Assembly: GCA_964447515.1 (NCBI GenBank)
Contig: CAYUSS010000001.1
Location: forward strand, 4,092 to 68,091
From: an uncultured Candidatus Saccharibacteria bacterium
GTDB taxonomy: Bacteria > Patescibacteriota > Minisyncoccia > Minisyncoccales > GWA2-38-27
Reading direction: 5' to 3'
Length of the DNA stretch: 64,000 bases
Shown here: piece after piece, positions 38,900 to 47,741 of the stretch
How positions within the stretch are numbered: position 1 is the stretch's first letter
How the letters are laid out: each line of letters begins with the position of its first letter
Position numbers and translations under genes: made by a program
The notes under the pieces: model-generated
Databases searched by the model: none
Seen by the model: the letters and a program-made list of their open reading frames with translations, nothing else
What the model was told of the DNA's origin: nothing

Positions 38900-41767
38900 T
38901 TAAATTTTCTTAATCCCCAGCCATAATGTTTCCTTATTAACTTTTGCTTCTTTTTTAATTTCAAATTTTATTTTTAATTCCTCTCCGAGCTTAAAATCTT
39001 TAGCCAGAGTTTCTTTCAGAATAAAATCTCTTTTTCTGTTTAAAATTTTATTCAGATGAGTTGGGCCCTGGGCTTGAACTAAAATTTTATCTTTGGGCTT
39101 CAAGCCAGCTTTCTTTCTCAGAGCTTGAATATGTCGAATAACCTCCCGAGCAACTCCTTCCTCTTTAAGTTCTTTTGTAATTTTAGTATCTAATTCTATT
39201 TCTTCGCCAAAAGTAATTTTCTTAACATTAACTTCATCTTTTATTAAATCCAATAAACCTTTTGCTTTTCTTAATTCTTGATTCCTGATTCTTAATTCTT
39301 TCAATGGCTGCCTCACTCTTATCCCTGCTTCTGCCCTCAGACCCAAGGATTGAGTAACAACTTCCCGAACCTGCTCCATTTTTTCTTCTAAATCTGAATT
39401 AATTAATTTTTTATCTGGCTCTGGGTAATCACACAAGTGAACTGATTTTTCTGCGCCATTTAATTTTTGATACAGCTCTTCAGCAATAAAAGGAGTAAAA
39501 GGAGCTATTAGTTTAGTTAGTTTTAAAAGCACATAATATAAAGTTTGAGAGGCCTCTTCTTTTATCTCTTTTGTCTCTGGTCTTTGAAATCTCTTTCGAG
39601 AACGCCGGATATACCAGTTAGATAAATCATCAACAAAATCCTCAAATAATCTAGTCGCCTCCACCACATAGTATTTATCTAAATTTTCTATAATCTGCTG
39701 GCAAAGGTTCTGGAACTGAGAAACAATCCATTTATCAAGTAAGTTTTTGGGGCTAAAATTCTTTTGGGGCTTGAATTTCTTATCAGTATAAGTGGAAAAG
39801 AAAAGGTAAGAATTCCATAAAGTACCAAGGAATCGCCGAGAAATTTCCTGAACATCTTTGAAATCAAATCTTTTGGGTTCTGCTGCCGGATTTATTGTAT
39901 AAAAGTAAAAGCGAGCAGAGTCAGCGCCAAATTTATCAATAACATCTTTTGGCCAAACAACATTGCCTTTTGATTTTGACATTTTCTGGCCCTTAGCATC
40001 CAAAACAATGCCATGGGAGATAACATTTTTGTAAGCCGGGCCCAAATTAAGCAAAGTAGAAACAGCTAACAAAGTATAAAACCAGCCCCTGGTCTGGTCA
40101 ATGCCCTCGCATATAAAATCAGCTGGGAAAAAATTCTTTTTATCAATTTTTTCTTTATTCTCAAAAGGATAATGCCATTGAGCATAAGGCATTGAACCCG
40201 AGTCAAACCAACAATCAACTACTTCAGGAATTCGTCTCATTAGGCCTCCGCACTTTTCACACTTAAAAGTAGCTTTATCAATGGAAGGACGGTGCAAATC
40301 TTGTAACTTGTAACTTGTAACTTGTAACTTTTTTAATTCGTTTAAACTACCAACACAAATTTGCTTATCGCACTTTTCACACTGCCAAATCGGCAAAGGC
40401 GTGCCCCAATATCTTTCCCGAGATAAATTCCAATCTTTAACCTCCCGCAGCCACTCGCCAAACCGCCCATCTTTAAGATAATCTGGTATCCAATTAATTT
40501 TTTTATTATTTTCAAGCAGTTTTTTTCTCAAACCTGACATCTTAATAAACCAAGAGGTCTTGGCGTAATACAATAATGGGCTGTCGCACCGCCAGCAAAA
40601 AGGATAATCGTGTTCATACAGTTCTTTTTTATAAAGTAAATTTCTTTTTTGAAGACTGGCAGTAATTTCTGGGTCAGCGTCTTTTACAAATTTACCTGCC
40701 CAAGGTTTAACTTCTTTTTTAAAAGTACCATCTTCGTTCACTGTTATCAAAATCGGTAAGTCATTTTGCTTGCCAACTTCCATATCCTCCTCTCCAAAAG
40801 CCGGCGCGATATGAACAATACCAGTGCCTTCTTCAGTAGAAATAAAATCACCGGCAACAACCTTAAAAGCTGGCTTCTCTGTTTTCATAAAATCAAATAG
40901 CGGTTCGTATTCTAATTCTAAAAGCTTTTTACCTTTTATTTCTTCAACAATTTTGCCTTTGACGCCACAAGCCTTAAACCTCTCTTTGGCTAAAATCAAA
41001 TATTCATTATTTACTTTCACCTTTGCATAAATAAATTTTGGGTTGACCGCTAATGCTACGTTTGCAGGCAGTGTCCAAGGCGTGGTTGTCCATACTAAAA
41101 GAAAGGTATTAAATTTTTTATTTTTAATTTGTGTTTTTGATTTTTTATTTTTTATTTTTAACTTTAAGAAAATAGCTGGCTCAGATATTTTCTTATATCC
41201 CTGAGCTACTTCATGAGAAGAGAGAGAAGTGCCACAGCGAGGACAATAAGGAACAACTTTGTAATCTTGGTACAAAAGACCCTTTTCCCAAATCTTTTTT
41301 AAAATCCACCACAAACTCTCAATATAATCATTACTGCAGGTAATGTAAGCGTTTTTTAAATCTAGCCAAAAACCAATTCGTTCTGTAAAATCCTCCCATT
41401 CTTTTTTATAAGTGAAAACACTATTCTGACAGGTTTCAATAAATTTCTTAATCCCGATTTTCTCTATGTCTTTTTTAGATTTAATTCCCAGTTTTTTTTC
41501 CGCCTCCATTTCCGTTGGCAAACCATGCGTATCCCAACCAGCCTTTCTTTCAACAGAAAAGCCCTGCATTGTCTTATAACGGAGAATTACATCTTTGAAG
41601 GCCCGGGACAAAAGATGATGAATTCCGGGCAACCCATTAGCAAAAGGCGGTCCTTCAAAAAAAACAAACCTTTTGCCTTTTTTGGTCTTTTTAAGGCTTT
41701 TCTCAAAAATCTTCTTTTCTTTCCAGAATTTTAATATTTTTTCTTCAATTTGCGGAAAATCCATCAT
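38900..41767 (-). CDS. ileS: Isoleucyl-tRNA synthetase (IleRS2 type)
   Basis: EGPPFANG.PGIHH, WTTTPWTLPAN, GIDQTRGWF, KMSKS. Confidence 0.97.
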   Translation of the reverse strand: MMDFPQIEEKILKFWKEKKIFEKSLKKTKKGKRFVFFEGPPFANGLPGIHHLLSRAFKDVILRYKTMQGFSVERKAGWDTHGLPTEMEAEKKLGIKSKKDIEKIGIKKFIETCQNSVFTYKKEWEDFTERIGFWLDLKNAYITCSNDYIESLWWILKKIWEKGLLYQDYKVVPYCPRCGTSLSSHEVAQGYKKISEPAIFLKLKIKNKKSKTQIKNKKFNTFLLVWTTTPWTLPANVALAVNPKFIYAKVKVNNEYLILAKERFKACGVKGKIVEEIKGKKLLELEYEPLFDFMKTEKPAFKVVAGDFISTEEGTGIVHIAPAFGEEDMEVGKQNDLPILITVNEDGTFKKEVKPWAGKFVKDADPEITASLQKRNLLYKKELYEHDYPFCWRCDSPLLYYAKTSWFIKMSGLRKKLLENNKKINWIPDYLKDGRFGEWLREVKDWNLSRERYWGTPLPIWQCEKCDKQICVGSLNELKKLQVTSYKLQDLHRPSIDKATFKCEKCGGLMRRIPEVVDCWFDSGSMPYAQWHYPFENKEKIDKKNFFPADFICEGIDQTRGWFYTLLAVSTLLNLGPAYKNVISHGIVLDAKGQKMSKSKGNVVWPKDVIDKFGADSARFYFYTINPAAEPKRFDFKDVQEISRRFLGTLWNSYLFFSTYTDKKFKPQKNFSPKNLLDKWIVSQFQNLCQQIIENLDKYYVVEATRLFEDFVDDLSNWYIRRSRKRFQRPETKEIKEEASQTLYYVLLKLTKLIAPFTPFIAEELYQKLNGAEKSVHLCDYPEPDKKLINSDLEEKMEQVREVVTQSLGLRAEAGIRVRQPLKELRIRNQELRKAKGLLDLIKDEVNVKKITFGEEIELDTKITKELKEEGVAREVIRHIQALRKKAGLKPKDKILVQAQGPTHLNKILNRKRDFILKETLAKDFKLGEELKIKFEIKKEAKVNKETLWLGIKKI

Positions 41768-41768
41768 A

Positions 41769-42329
41769 TTATAACTGGCGCAGTTCTCCGGTTTTAATTC
41801 TTTTTTCTTTGGGAAATTTTTTTAAAACTTCTTTTTGAGAATAACCTTTAACTCTGCCTTCAAGTAGTATAAGCGGAAGCTGATGGCTTACTATAAGGAT
41901 GTTTTTATTGGAATATTTTTTATCAATTTCTTTTAGAAAATCAGACATTCTTTTAGTTATGTCAAGATAGATTTCTCCTTTAGGCGGTTTTTTAAAAAAT
42001 CTTTCTTCTTCGTTTTTAAAAAATTCCCTAAATCTGTTTAGTGATTCTCCATTAAAAATTCCAGCATTATATTCCCTTAATCTTTTATCTTCTTTTGGTT
42101 TAATTCCTAATTCTTTTCCAACAATCTCAGCTGTTTGGCGAGTTCTTAAAATATCAGAGGTAAAAATCAAGTCAATTCTCTTGTTTTTTAATTTTGGCAC
42201 CATCCTCTTTATCTCTTTTCTCCCTTTTTCGGTCAAGGGAAAAGAAGATTTTTCCGGCCAGCAGGAAATAATCTTTTTTTGATTGCATAGTGCCTCTCCA
42301 TGCCGCAAAATAAAGTAGTTATTATCCAT
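41769..42329 (-). CDS. Histidine phosphatase family protein
   Basis: LRHGE, SDILRTRQTA, LRE..G, VSH. Confidence 0.9.
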   Translation of the reverse strand: MDNNYFILRHGEALCNQKKIISCWPEKSSFPLTEKGRKEIKRMVPKLKNKRIDLIFTSDILRTRQTAEIVGKELGIKPKEDKRLREYNAGIFNGESLNRFREFFKNEEERFFKKPPKGEIYLDITKRMSDFLKEIDKKYSNKNILIVSHQLPLILLEGRVKGYSQKEVLKKFPKEKRIKTGELRQL

Positions 42330-42331
42330 AT

Positions 42332-43927
42332 TTACATTTTTTCAGGACTAGAAATTCCCATTAAATCTAAAATATTTTTTAGAACAATTTTTGTTGCTTG
42401 AACTAAATTCAGCCGGGCTTGGGTTAAATTTTCATCGTCCCCAATCACTCGACATTCCTCATAAAATTTATGAAAAGCTGTTACCAATTCTAAAGCAAAT
42501 TGGGGCAAGCGCTGAAGTTGATAATCTTTAGCTGTATCCTCAACAACTTCTGGAAATCTAATCAACTGCCTTGTCAAATCCATCTCGCTCGGCTCGTCAA
42601 GTAAATTGTCGATCGACAATTTACTTGATGGCGATTTTTTAATCTTTTTTGCTTCTGCTTTTCGGAGAATGCTGGAGATTCGGGCGTGGGCGTATTGGAT
42701 GTAATAAACCGGGTTTTTCTTTGATTGTTTCTTGGCTAATGCCATATCAAAATTTAAGTGAGTATTAGCTGATTTTTGTAAGAAAAAGAATCGAGTAACA
42801 TCTTTTCCAACTTCATTGAGTAATTCGTCCATTGTCACATAAATGCCTTTTCTTTTGGACATTTTTACTTTTTCCTTTTTTTCCAAAAGAGTGACAAACT
42901 GTAAAAGGATGATATCTAATTTTCCCTTATGACCCAAAGCCGCAACTCCAGTCCGCAACCCCTGAACACCGCCAGCGTGGTCAGCTCCCCAGATGTTTAT
43001 TACTTTGTCAAATTTCTTTTTTTTAAATTTATATTTATGGTAAGTAATATCACCGGCTAAATAAGTTTTTGTTCCGTCTTTTTTAACTAAAACTCTGTCT
43101 CTATTATCTCCGAATTTTTTACTTCTAAAAAATTCAGCCCCTTCTTTTTGATAAATTAATTTTTTCTTTTTTAAAAAATTCAAAACTTTGTCAACCTCTC
43201 CGGATTCATAAAGCGTATTCTCGGAAAACCATTCATCAAATTTAATCCCCATTTTCTCAGTTGTTTTCTTGAGCATCTCATCAACTATTATTTTAGCTGC
43301 CTTTTGGCCTGCCTTATATGGGTCTTTCTCCTTAATTTTTTTGTGGAGATAATCAATATACTTTCCTTTATATTTGGCCTCTTTGTCTTTCAAAACCGAA
43401 TGGCCTAAAGCCAAAATCTGATTTCCATAATCATTAATATAATAAGCTTTCTCTACTTTAAAACCAGCTTTTTTCAAAACATTTCCCAAAACATCGCCAA
43501 AAGGACCACTCCGGGCATTACCGACTGTCAAAGGTCCTGTCGGATTAGCGGAAATAAACTCAACCTGAATTTTTTTATTTTTGCCAATATCTAAATCACC
43601 AAATTTCTCGCCTTGCTTCAAAATTTCTCCAACCTGTTTTTGTAAGTATTCTTTACACAAATAAAAATTTATAAAGCCGGGTTTGGCTATTTTGATTCCT
43701 TCAAATAAACCTTGTAACTTGTAACTTGTAACTTGTAACTTTATAACTTCTGCTATCTCTAATGGCTTCCTTTTCAAAACTCTCGTCAATTGCAAACCAA
43801 TGTTTGAAGAATAATCTCCAAACTCCTTATTCTCCGGCCTTTCAACTTCAATTTTCGGTAACTTTTTCAATTTAAATTCCTCTTTAACTGCCTTTTTAAT
43901 TAATTTTTTAAGCTCATCTCTAATCAT
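42332..43927 (-). CDS. argS: Arginyl-tRNA synthetase
   Basis: FGDYSSN, EFISANPTGPLTVGNAR, KMSKR.G, YYIQYAHAR, PEKM end; ATG 43927 preferred. Confidence 0.96.
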   Translation of the reverse strand: MIRDELKKLIKKAVKEEFKLKKLPKIEVERPENKEFGDYSSNIGLQLTRVLKRKPLEIAEVIKLQVTSYKLQGLFEGIKIAKPGFINFYLCKEYLQKQVGEILKQGEKFGDLDIGKNKKIQVEFISANPTGPLTVGNARSGPFGDVLGNVLKKAGFKVEKAYYINDYGNQILALGHSVLKDKEAKYKGKYIDYLHKKIKEKDPYKAGQKAAKIIVDEMLKKTTEKMGIKFDEWFSENTLYESGEVDKVLNFLKKKKLIYQKEGAEFFRSKKFGDNRDRVLVKKDGTKTYLAGDITYHKYKFKKKKFDKVINIWGADHAGGVQGLRTGVAALGHKGKLDIILLQFVTLLEKKEKVKMSKRKGIYVTMDELLNEVGKDVTRFFFLQKSANTHLNFDMALAKKQSKKNPVYYIQYAHARISSILRKAEAKKIKKSPSSKLSIDNLLDEPSEMDLTRQLIRFPEVVEDTAKDYQLQRLPQFALELVTAFHKFYEECRVIGDDENLTQARLNLVQATKIVLKNILDLMGISSPEKM

Positions 43928-44033
43928 TCTTTTAGTATAGTTTATTTTAACTCTCGATTCAACTCTCCCCCGCCGCACTTTGTGCAGCAGGGTTTTTTTA
44001 TTGCTCAAATAAAATTTAAGTGTTAAATTAAAG

Positions 44034-44486
44034 ATGATGACGGTTTTGGCTTACAATCGAAAGGCAATCTATAATTACGAAATCCTGGAGAAATTTGAAG
44101 CGGGCATGGTTTTGATTGGCCAGGAAGTGAAATCAATAAAGTCAGGAAGAATGAGTTTAAAAGGTTCTTATGTAGTTTTAAAAGGAGAAGAGCCCTTTTT
44201 AATCGGGGCTAATATCCCTGCTTATCAGCCAAAAAATGCGCCCCCGGATTATAACCCGGAAAAATCCAGAAAGCTTCTTTTGAATAAATTAGAAATCAAA
44301 CGTTTAATCGGCAAAACCAAAGAAAAGGGCTTGACTTTGGTGCCCTTAAGGGCGTATACTAAAAGAGGTAAAATAAAGCTTGAATTCGGAATTGCCAAAG
44401 GAAGAAAAAAAACCGATAAAAGAGAAATAATTAAAAAAAGAGAAGCCGAAAGGGAAATGAAAAGGGAACTAAAAACCCGGGGGTGA
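44034..44486 (+). CDS. smpB: SsrA-binding protein
   Basis: NRKA..NY, EAG..L.G.EVKS, RKLLL, KG+K..DKRE. Confidence 0.96.
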   Translation: MMTVLAYNRKAIYNYEILEKFEAGMVLIGQEVKSIKSGRMSLKGSYVVLKGEEPFLIGANIPAYQPKNAPPDYNPEKSRKLLLNKLEIKRLIGKTKEKGLTLVPLRAYTKRGKIKLEFGIAKGRKKTDKREIIKKREAEREMKRELKTRG

Positions 44487-44825
44487 AAGTTTCGACAGAA
44501 GATTTTACTAAAATAGGGCAAGCCGAGTATTCTCAAATCTCGTAAAACTTTGAGAAAAAAATAAGTGCTAACTTATTCAAAAAACCTGCGTTAGCATTTG
44601 CCTAACGCCATCAGGATTACCGATTCTCGCTAAGTAATCTCTGGTGTAATAATTAGCGAGATAGATAGTTTTTTCTTCGCCTCAAAATAATTATCAAAAC
44701 TTTTCGAGGTCAGGATATTAAGCTTTTTGTCTGTTTTCTACTTGGTATCCGAGACTAAAACAGACTAAGTTTGTAGAACTGTTTTAGCAAAACTTCTGGA
44801 CAAGGGTCCAATCCCTTCATCTCCA
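44479..44825 (+). ncRNA. ssrA: tmRNA; tag ANLFKKPALAFA* (44567-44605)
   Basis: 5' GGGGGTG pairs with 3' CATCTCC-A including the G3.U pair; TTCGAC leader; ATAAGT|GCT resume context; tag ends ALAFA; adjacent to smpB. Confidence 0.92.
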
Positions 44826-44850
44826 CAACAAAAAATAACCTAAAAATAGT

Positions 44851-45393
44851 CTGCCAAAAAAATTCCTCATTAATCATCAAATAAAAGCCAGAGAGGTAAG
44901 AATCATTGACCAGACCGGAAAACAATTGGGGATTATGCCATTAATAGAAGCGCTCCGAACAGCCAGGGAGCGTAGTTTAGATTTAATTCAGGTTACAGAA
45001 AAAGTGATACCTCCTGTTTGTAAAATCGGAGATTATGGAAAATATCTTTATCGGCAAAAAAAGAAAGAGAAATTAGCCAAACCTAAGGGGGGCGAACTTA
45101 AGGGGATAAGATTAACTTTCAGAATTTCTGAGCATGATTTAGAAACAAGAGCCCATCAGGCAGAAAAATTTTTAAAAAAAGGGAACAAGGCCAGAATAGA
45201 AATGAAATTAAGGGGAAGAGAAAAAGCCCTTCAGGGATTTGCTAAAGAAAAAATTAAAAAGTTTCTTGAAATCTTAGAAAAATCAATCCCAATAAAAATT
45301 GAGGGAGAATTACAAAGGAAGCCAAGAGGGCTAACAATGATTATTTCAAAAGCATATGTCAAAGACGAGGAAATCAATAAAAAAACGTTTTAA
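44851..45393 (+). CDS. infC: Translation initiation factor IF-3 (non-AUG start, CTG 44851 or ATT 44869)
   Basis: In-frame INHQIKAREVRIID lies upstream of the track start; in-frame TAA at 44836; PPVCKIGDYGKY; RGRE. Confidence 0.93.
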   Translation: MPKKFLINHQIKAREVRIIDQTGKQLGIMPLIEALRTARERSLDLIQVTEKVIPPVCKIGDYGKYLYRQKKKEKLAKPKGGELKGIRLTFRISEHDLETRAHQAEKFLKKGNKARIEMKLRGREKALQGFAKEKIKKFLEILEKSIPIKIEGELQRKPRGLTMIISKAYVKDEEINKKTF

Positions 45394-45544
45394 AATTACC
45401 AAAACTGGCAAGGTCCTGAGAAGAGCAATTGGTCAGGACCATTATCGGGCAAAAAAATCAGGAAAGCAAAAAAGAGAAACTCGAAAATGGGTTTTGGTTT
45501 CCAATGTTGAAGCCAAAAAAATAAAGAAATTGTTTAAACAGTAA
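45356..45544 (+). CDS. rpmI: 50S ribosomal protein L35
   Basis: KTRKSIKKRFKITKTGK; infC-rpmI-rplT order. Confidence 0.93.
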   Translation: MSKTRKSIKKRFKITKTGKVLRRAIGQDHYRAKKSGKQKRETRKWVLVSNVEAKKIKKLFKQ

Positions 45545-45551
45545 ATAATAT

Positions 45552-45899
45552 ATGGTCAGGATAAAAAGAGGAAAGACAGCTCATAAACGAAGAAAACATC
45601 TCTTAAAAGAGGTCAAAGGTTTTCGTTGGGGAAGAAAATCAAAATACAAATCAGCAAAAGAGGCCTTAAGACACGCCTGGGTCTATGCTTATAGAGATAG
45701 AAAAACCAAAAAAAGAGAAATAAGAAAACTCTGGCAAGTTCGAATTAATGCTGCCAGCCGAGAACTCGGCTTGCCTTATAGCCGTTTTATCCAAGGATTG
45801 AAGAAAAAAAAGATTGAGCTTGATAGAAAAATTTTAGCCGACTTAGCCCAAAACAACCCAGAAATCTTCAAAAAAATTGTTGAGGAAGTTAAAAAATAA
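45552..45899 (+). CDS. rplT: 50S ribosomal protein L20
   Basis: [26 protein letters not shown]. Confidence 0.97.
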   Translation: MVRIKRGKTAHKRRKHLLKEVKGFRWGRKSKYKSAKEALRHAWVYAYRDRKTKKREIRKLWQVRINAASRELGLPYSRFIQGLKKKKIELDRKILADLAQNNPEIFKKIVEEVKK

Positions 45900-45940
45900 A
45901 ATGTAACGCGGAAAGGTAACGTTACATCGTTACAATAAAG

Positions 45941-45980
45941 TAGACATAATTGACAAACGGCCGTTTGTCAATTATGTCTA
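45941..45980. repeat. Perfect 40-bp palindrome
   Basis: TAGACATAATTGACAAACGG|CCGTTTGTCAATTATGTCTA. Confidence 0.9.
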
Positions 45981-46124
45981 AAAACATTCTCGAGATGTCC
46001 GGTTGTGTTAAAAAAGCCGCTTTTTCAAGGTGGCTTTTGAATTTTCCCGGTAAAAACTCCGGGGTTTCTAACAGAAGAAATATAAAAAATCGCGTCGTCA
46101 GGGTGGGATAAGACATCTCTAATA

Positions 46125-46154
46125 GAAAAGAGGGGCGGTGTTGTACCGTCCCTT
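46125..46154 (-). terminator. Intrinsic terminator of the ParB-like gene
   Basis: Minus strand reads AGGGACGGT-ACAAC-ACCGCCCCT-CTTTT right at the stop. Confidence 0.7.
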
Positions 46155-47364
46155 AGGCTGATGCCTTTTTTCTGAGCTCAGAAAGAACCCACTTTGCCTC
46201 TTCGGTGATTTGGGCTACCTGCCGACGAATCTTTCTGGGAAGAAACCTCCAAAGATGGGGTAAAAGAAGCTCCTCTTGAACAAGTAATTCTCGGAAAACG
46301 CGGACTGGACTTAGTTCAGAAAAAGGAGAATCCTCCTGCCCCAATTTCTCCTCCCTAAACAAAGTGAGAACCCGCTTGAGGTAGTAAATCCACATCCAGA
46401 TAGCCTGAATGGCCTGCCGCTCAACCACCTTACGAAAATGACTTCTTTCCAGCTCCTGTTGCTCTTCCACGCTCAAAAGGCTAATAAGCGAAAATTGACC
46501 AGAGTTATAGGTGCGCAAAAACTCGGTGACCATGTCCCGAACTTTCTTGACTCGCAAATTATCGGTTATCGCTGTCAATGCCCACCACTCTATCTCTGAC
46601 TCCTTTAGCCCTGCCTTCTGCTGAAGCCGAGCGATTTCGCAAGCTACCCCGTAGGGAATTTGGCCATTTTCGACAAATTCCCGGACGCCAGCTGGCAGAA
46701 GGCAGAATTTTACCGCCTGCCGGATGGTGCTCGGACTCCGGCCTACTTGCTTGGCAAATCGAGCCAAGGGGTAGTTTGGATCCATTTGTCTGATGAGCCG
46801 AAAGAGCTGGTCGTAGAAGGTCGCCTCCTCATGGGCCGGCAGCTTCATGTGGATGTTCTCGGAGGCCTGGATAAAAACCGCCTCCAAGGGCGGGATATTG
46901 ATGCAGAGACGCACCTCCACGCTTTGGTCGCCGAAGTGGCGCTCGTAGCAATAACTATCCTTGCCAAATTGTTCCTGGCATTGTTCACAGCCAACATCTC
47001 GTAGATACAAACAGGCTCTGAATCGACGCTCACCAGCCAGCAGGATGTAAAAAGCTTTCTTGCCTTCATCTATAGCAATAAGATCACTTGTTTTATAGGT
47101 TGTTGCCCAGAGCCGATTGATGAGGCTAAGATAGTGTCGACAGCCTGTCTCACAAAATCGAGCCACAATAAGAGGATTCATAAGGTTCTTGGCAGCTATA
47201 TCTTCTGCCAGAAGCTCAATCTCCTCAAAGGTCTGGCGGGGCTGTAGCAACACATTGATATCAGCAAGAGCTATACGTGCCCCAACATACTGATGAGGCT
47301 CAAGGCCGTTTTTCCTAAGCAACGACGTCAGGGAAGTTGGCGCCGTCTTTGATTTTGTTGTCAT
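46153..47364 (-). CDS. Orphan ParB/Spo0J-like CTPase-HTH protein with insertions
   Basis: QPRQTF, LM.P+.V, AGERRFRA arginine patch, SEN, HTH LARFAKQVGRSPSTIRQAVK; SD GGGAGGGA. Confidence 0.82.
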   Translation of the reverse strand: MTTKSKTAPTSLTSLLRKNGLEPHQYVGARIALADINVLLQPRQTFEEIELLAEDIAAKNLMNPLIVARFCETGCRHYLSLINRLWATTYKTSDLIAIDEGKKAFYILLAGERRFRACLYLRDVGCEQCQEQFGKDSYCYERHFGDQSVEVRLCINIPPLEAVFIQASENIHMKLPAHEEATFYDQLFRLIRQMDPNYPLARFAKQVGRSPSTIRQAVKFCLLPAGVREFVENGQIPYGVACEIARLQQKAGLKESEIEWWALTAITDNLRVKKVRDMVTEFLRTYNSGQFSLISLLSVEEQQELERSHFRKVVERQAIQAIWMWIYYLKRVLTLFREEKLGQEDSPFSELSPVRVFRELLVQEELLLPHLWRFLPRKIRRQVAQITEEAKWVLSELRKKASA

Positions 47365-47459
47365 GGCTATTATCCCTCCCTGTTGTTGTGTCCATTTTCT
47401 AGTCCGTATTCTACTGTCAAAGTACTTTTAAGGGTTTCCGATAGAAAAAGTAAAGCTTC

Positions 47460-47738
47460 CTAATCCTTTCCGTTTTTTATCTTAATACCTTCTTTTTGTA
47501 AAAGCAAGGTTTTTTTCTTAGCCCCCTGATAATAGCCACCGATTTTTCCATCAGAATAAACTACCCGATGACAGGGGATTTTTTTATTTCTATTTTTTTT
47601 AAGGATATTCCCTACCACCCGCCAAGCTCTGGGATAACCTGTTTTCTAGGCTACTGTTTTGTAGGTCAAAAAACTCCCCTTGGGGATTTTTTAAACAACT
47701 TCAAAAACTTTATTGCGAAAAACTGTTTCATGTTTCAT
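47460..47738 (-). pseudogene. MGMT/Ogt-like alkyltransferase C-domain pseudogene (2 in-frame stops)
   Basis: MKHETVFRNKVFEVV*KIPKGSFLTYKTVA*KTGYPRAWRVVGNILKKNRNKKIPCHRVVYSDGKIGGY...LLLQKEG; stops at 47691-93 and 47646-48. Confidence 0.85.
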
Positions 47739-47741
47739 GCT

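Noticed and set aside
43953-43999. tRNA 3' fragment / att site (TTCAACTCTCCCCCGCCGCAC)
   Set aside because: The T-stem does not pair; better explained as a hairpin with G.U pairs on the minus strand, and no integrase is nearby. The argS N-terminal extension through it is probably spurious.
45922-46116. 64-aa ORF downstream of ParB
   Set aside because: Starts after the terminator, crosses the palindromes and has no recognisable motif.
47646-47693. Stop-codon reassignment explaining the MGMT stops
   Set aside because: TAA, TAG and TGA all terminate intact genes elsewhere in the window.
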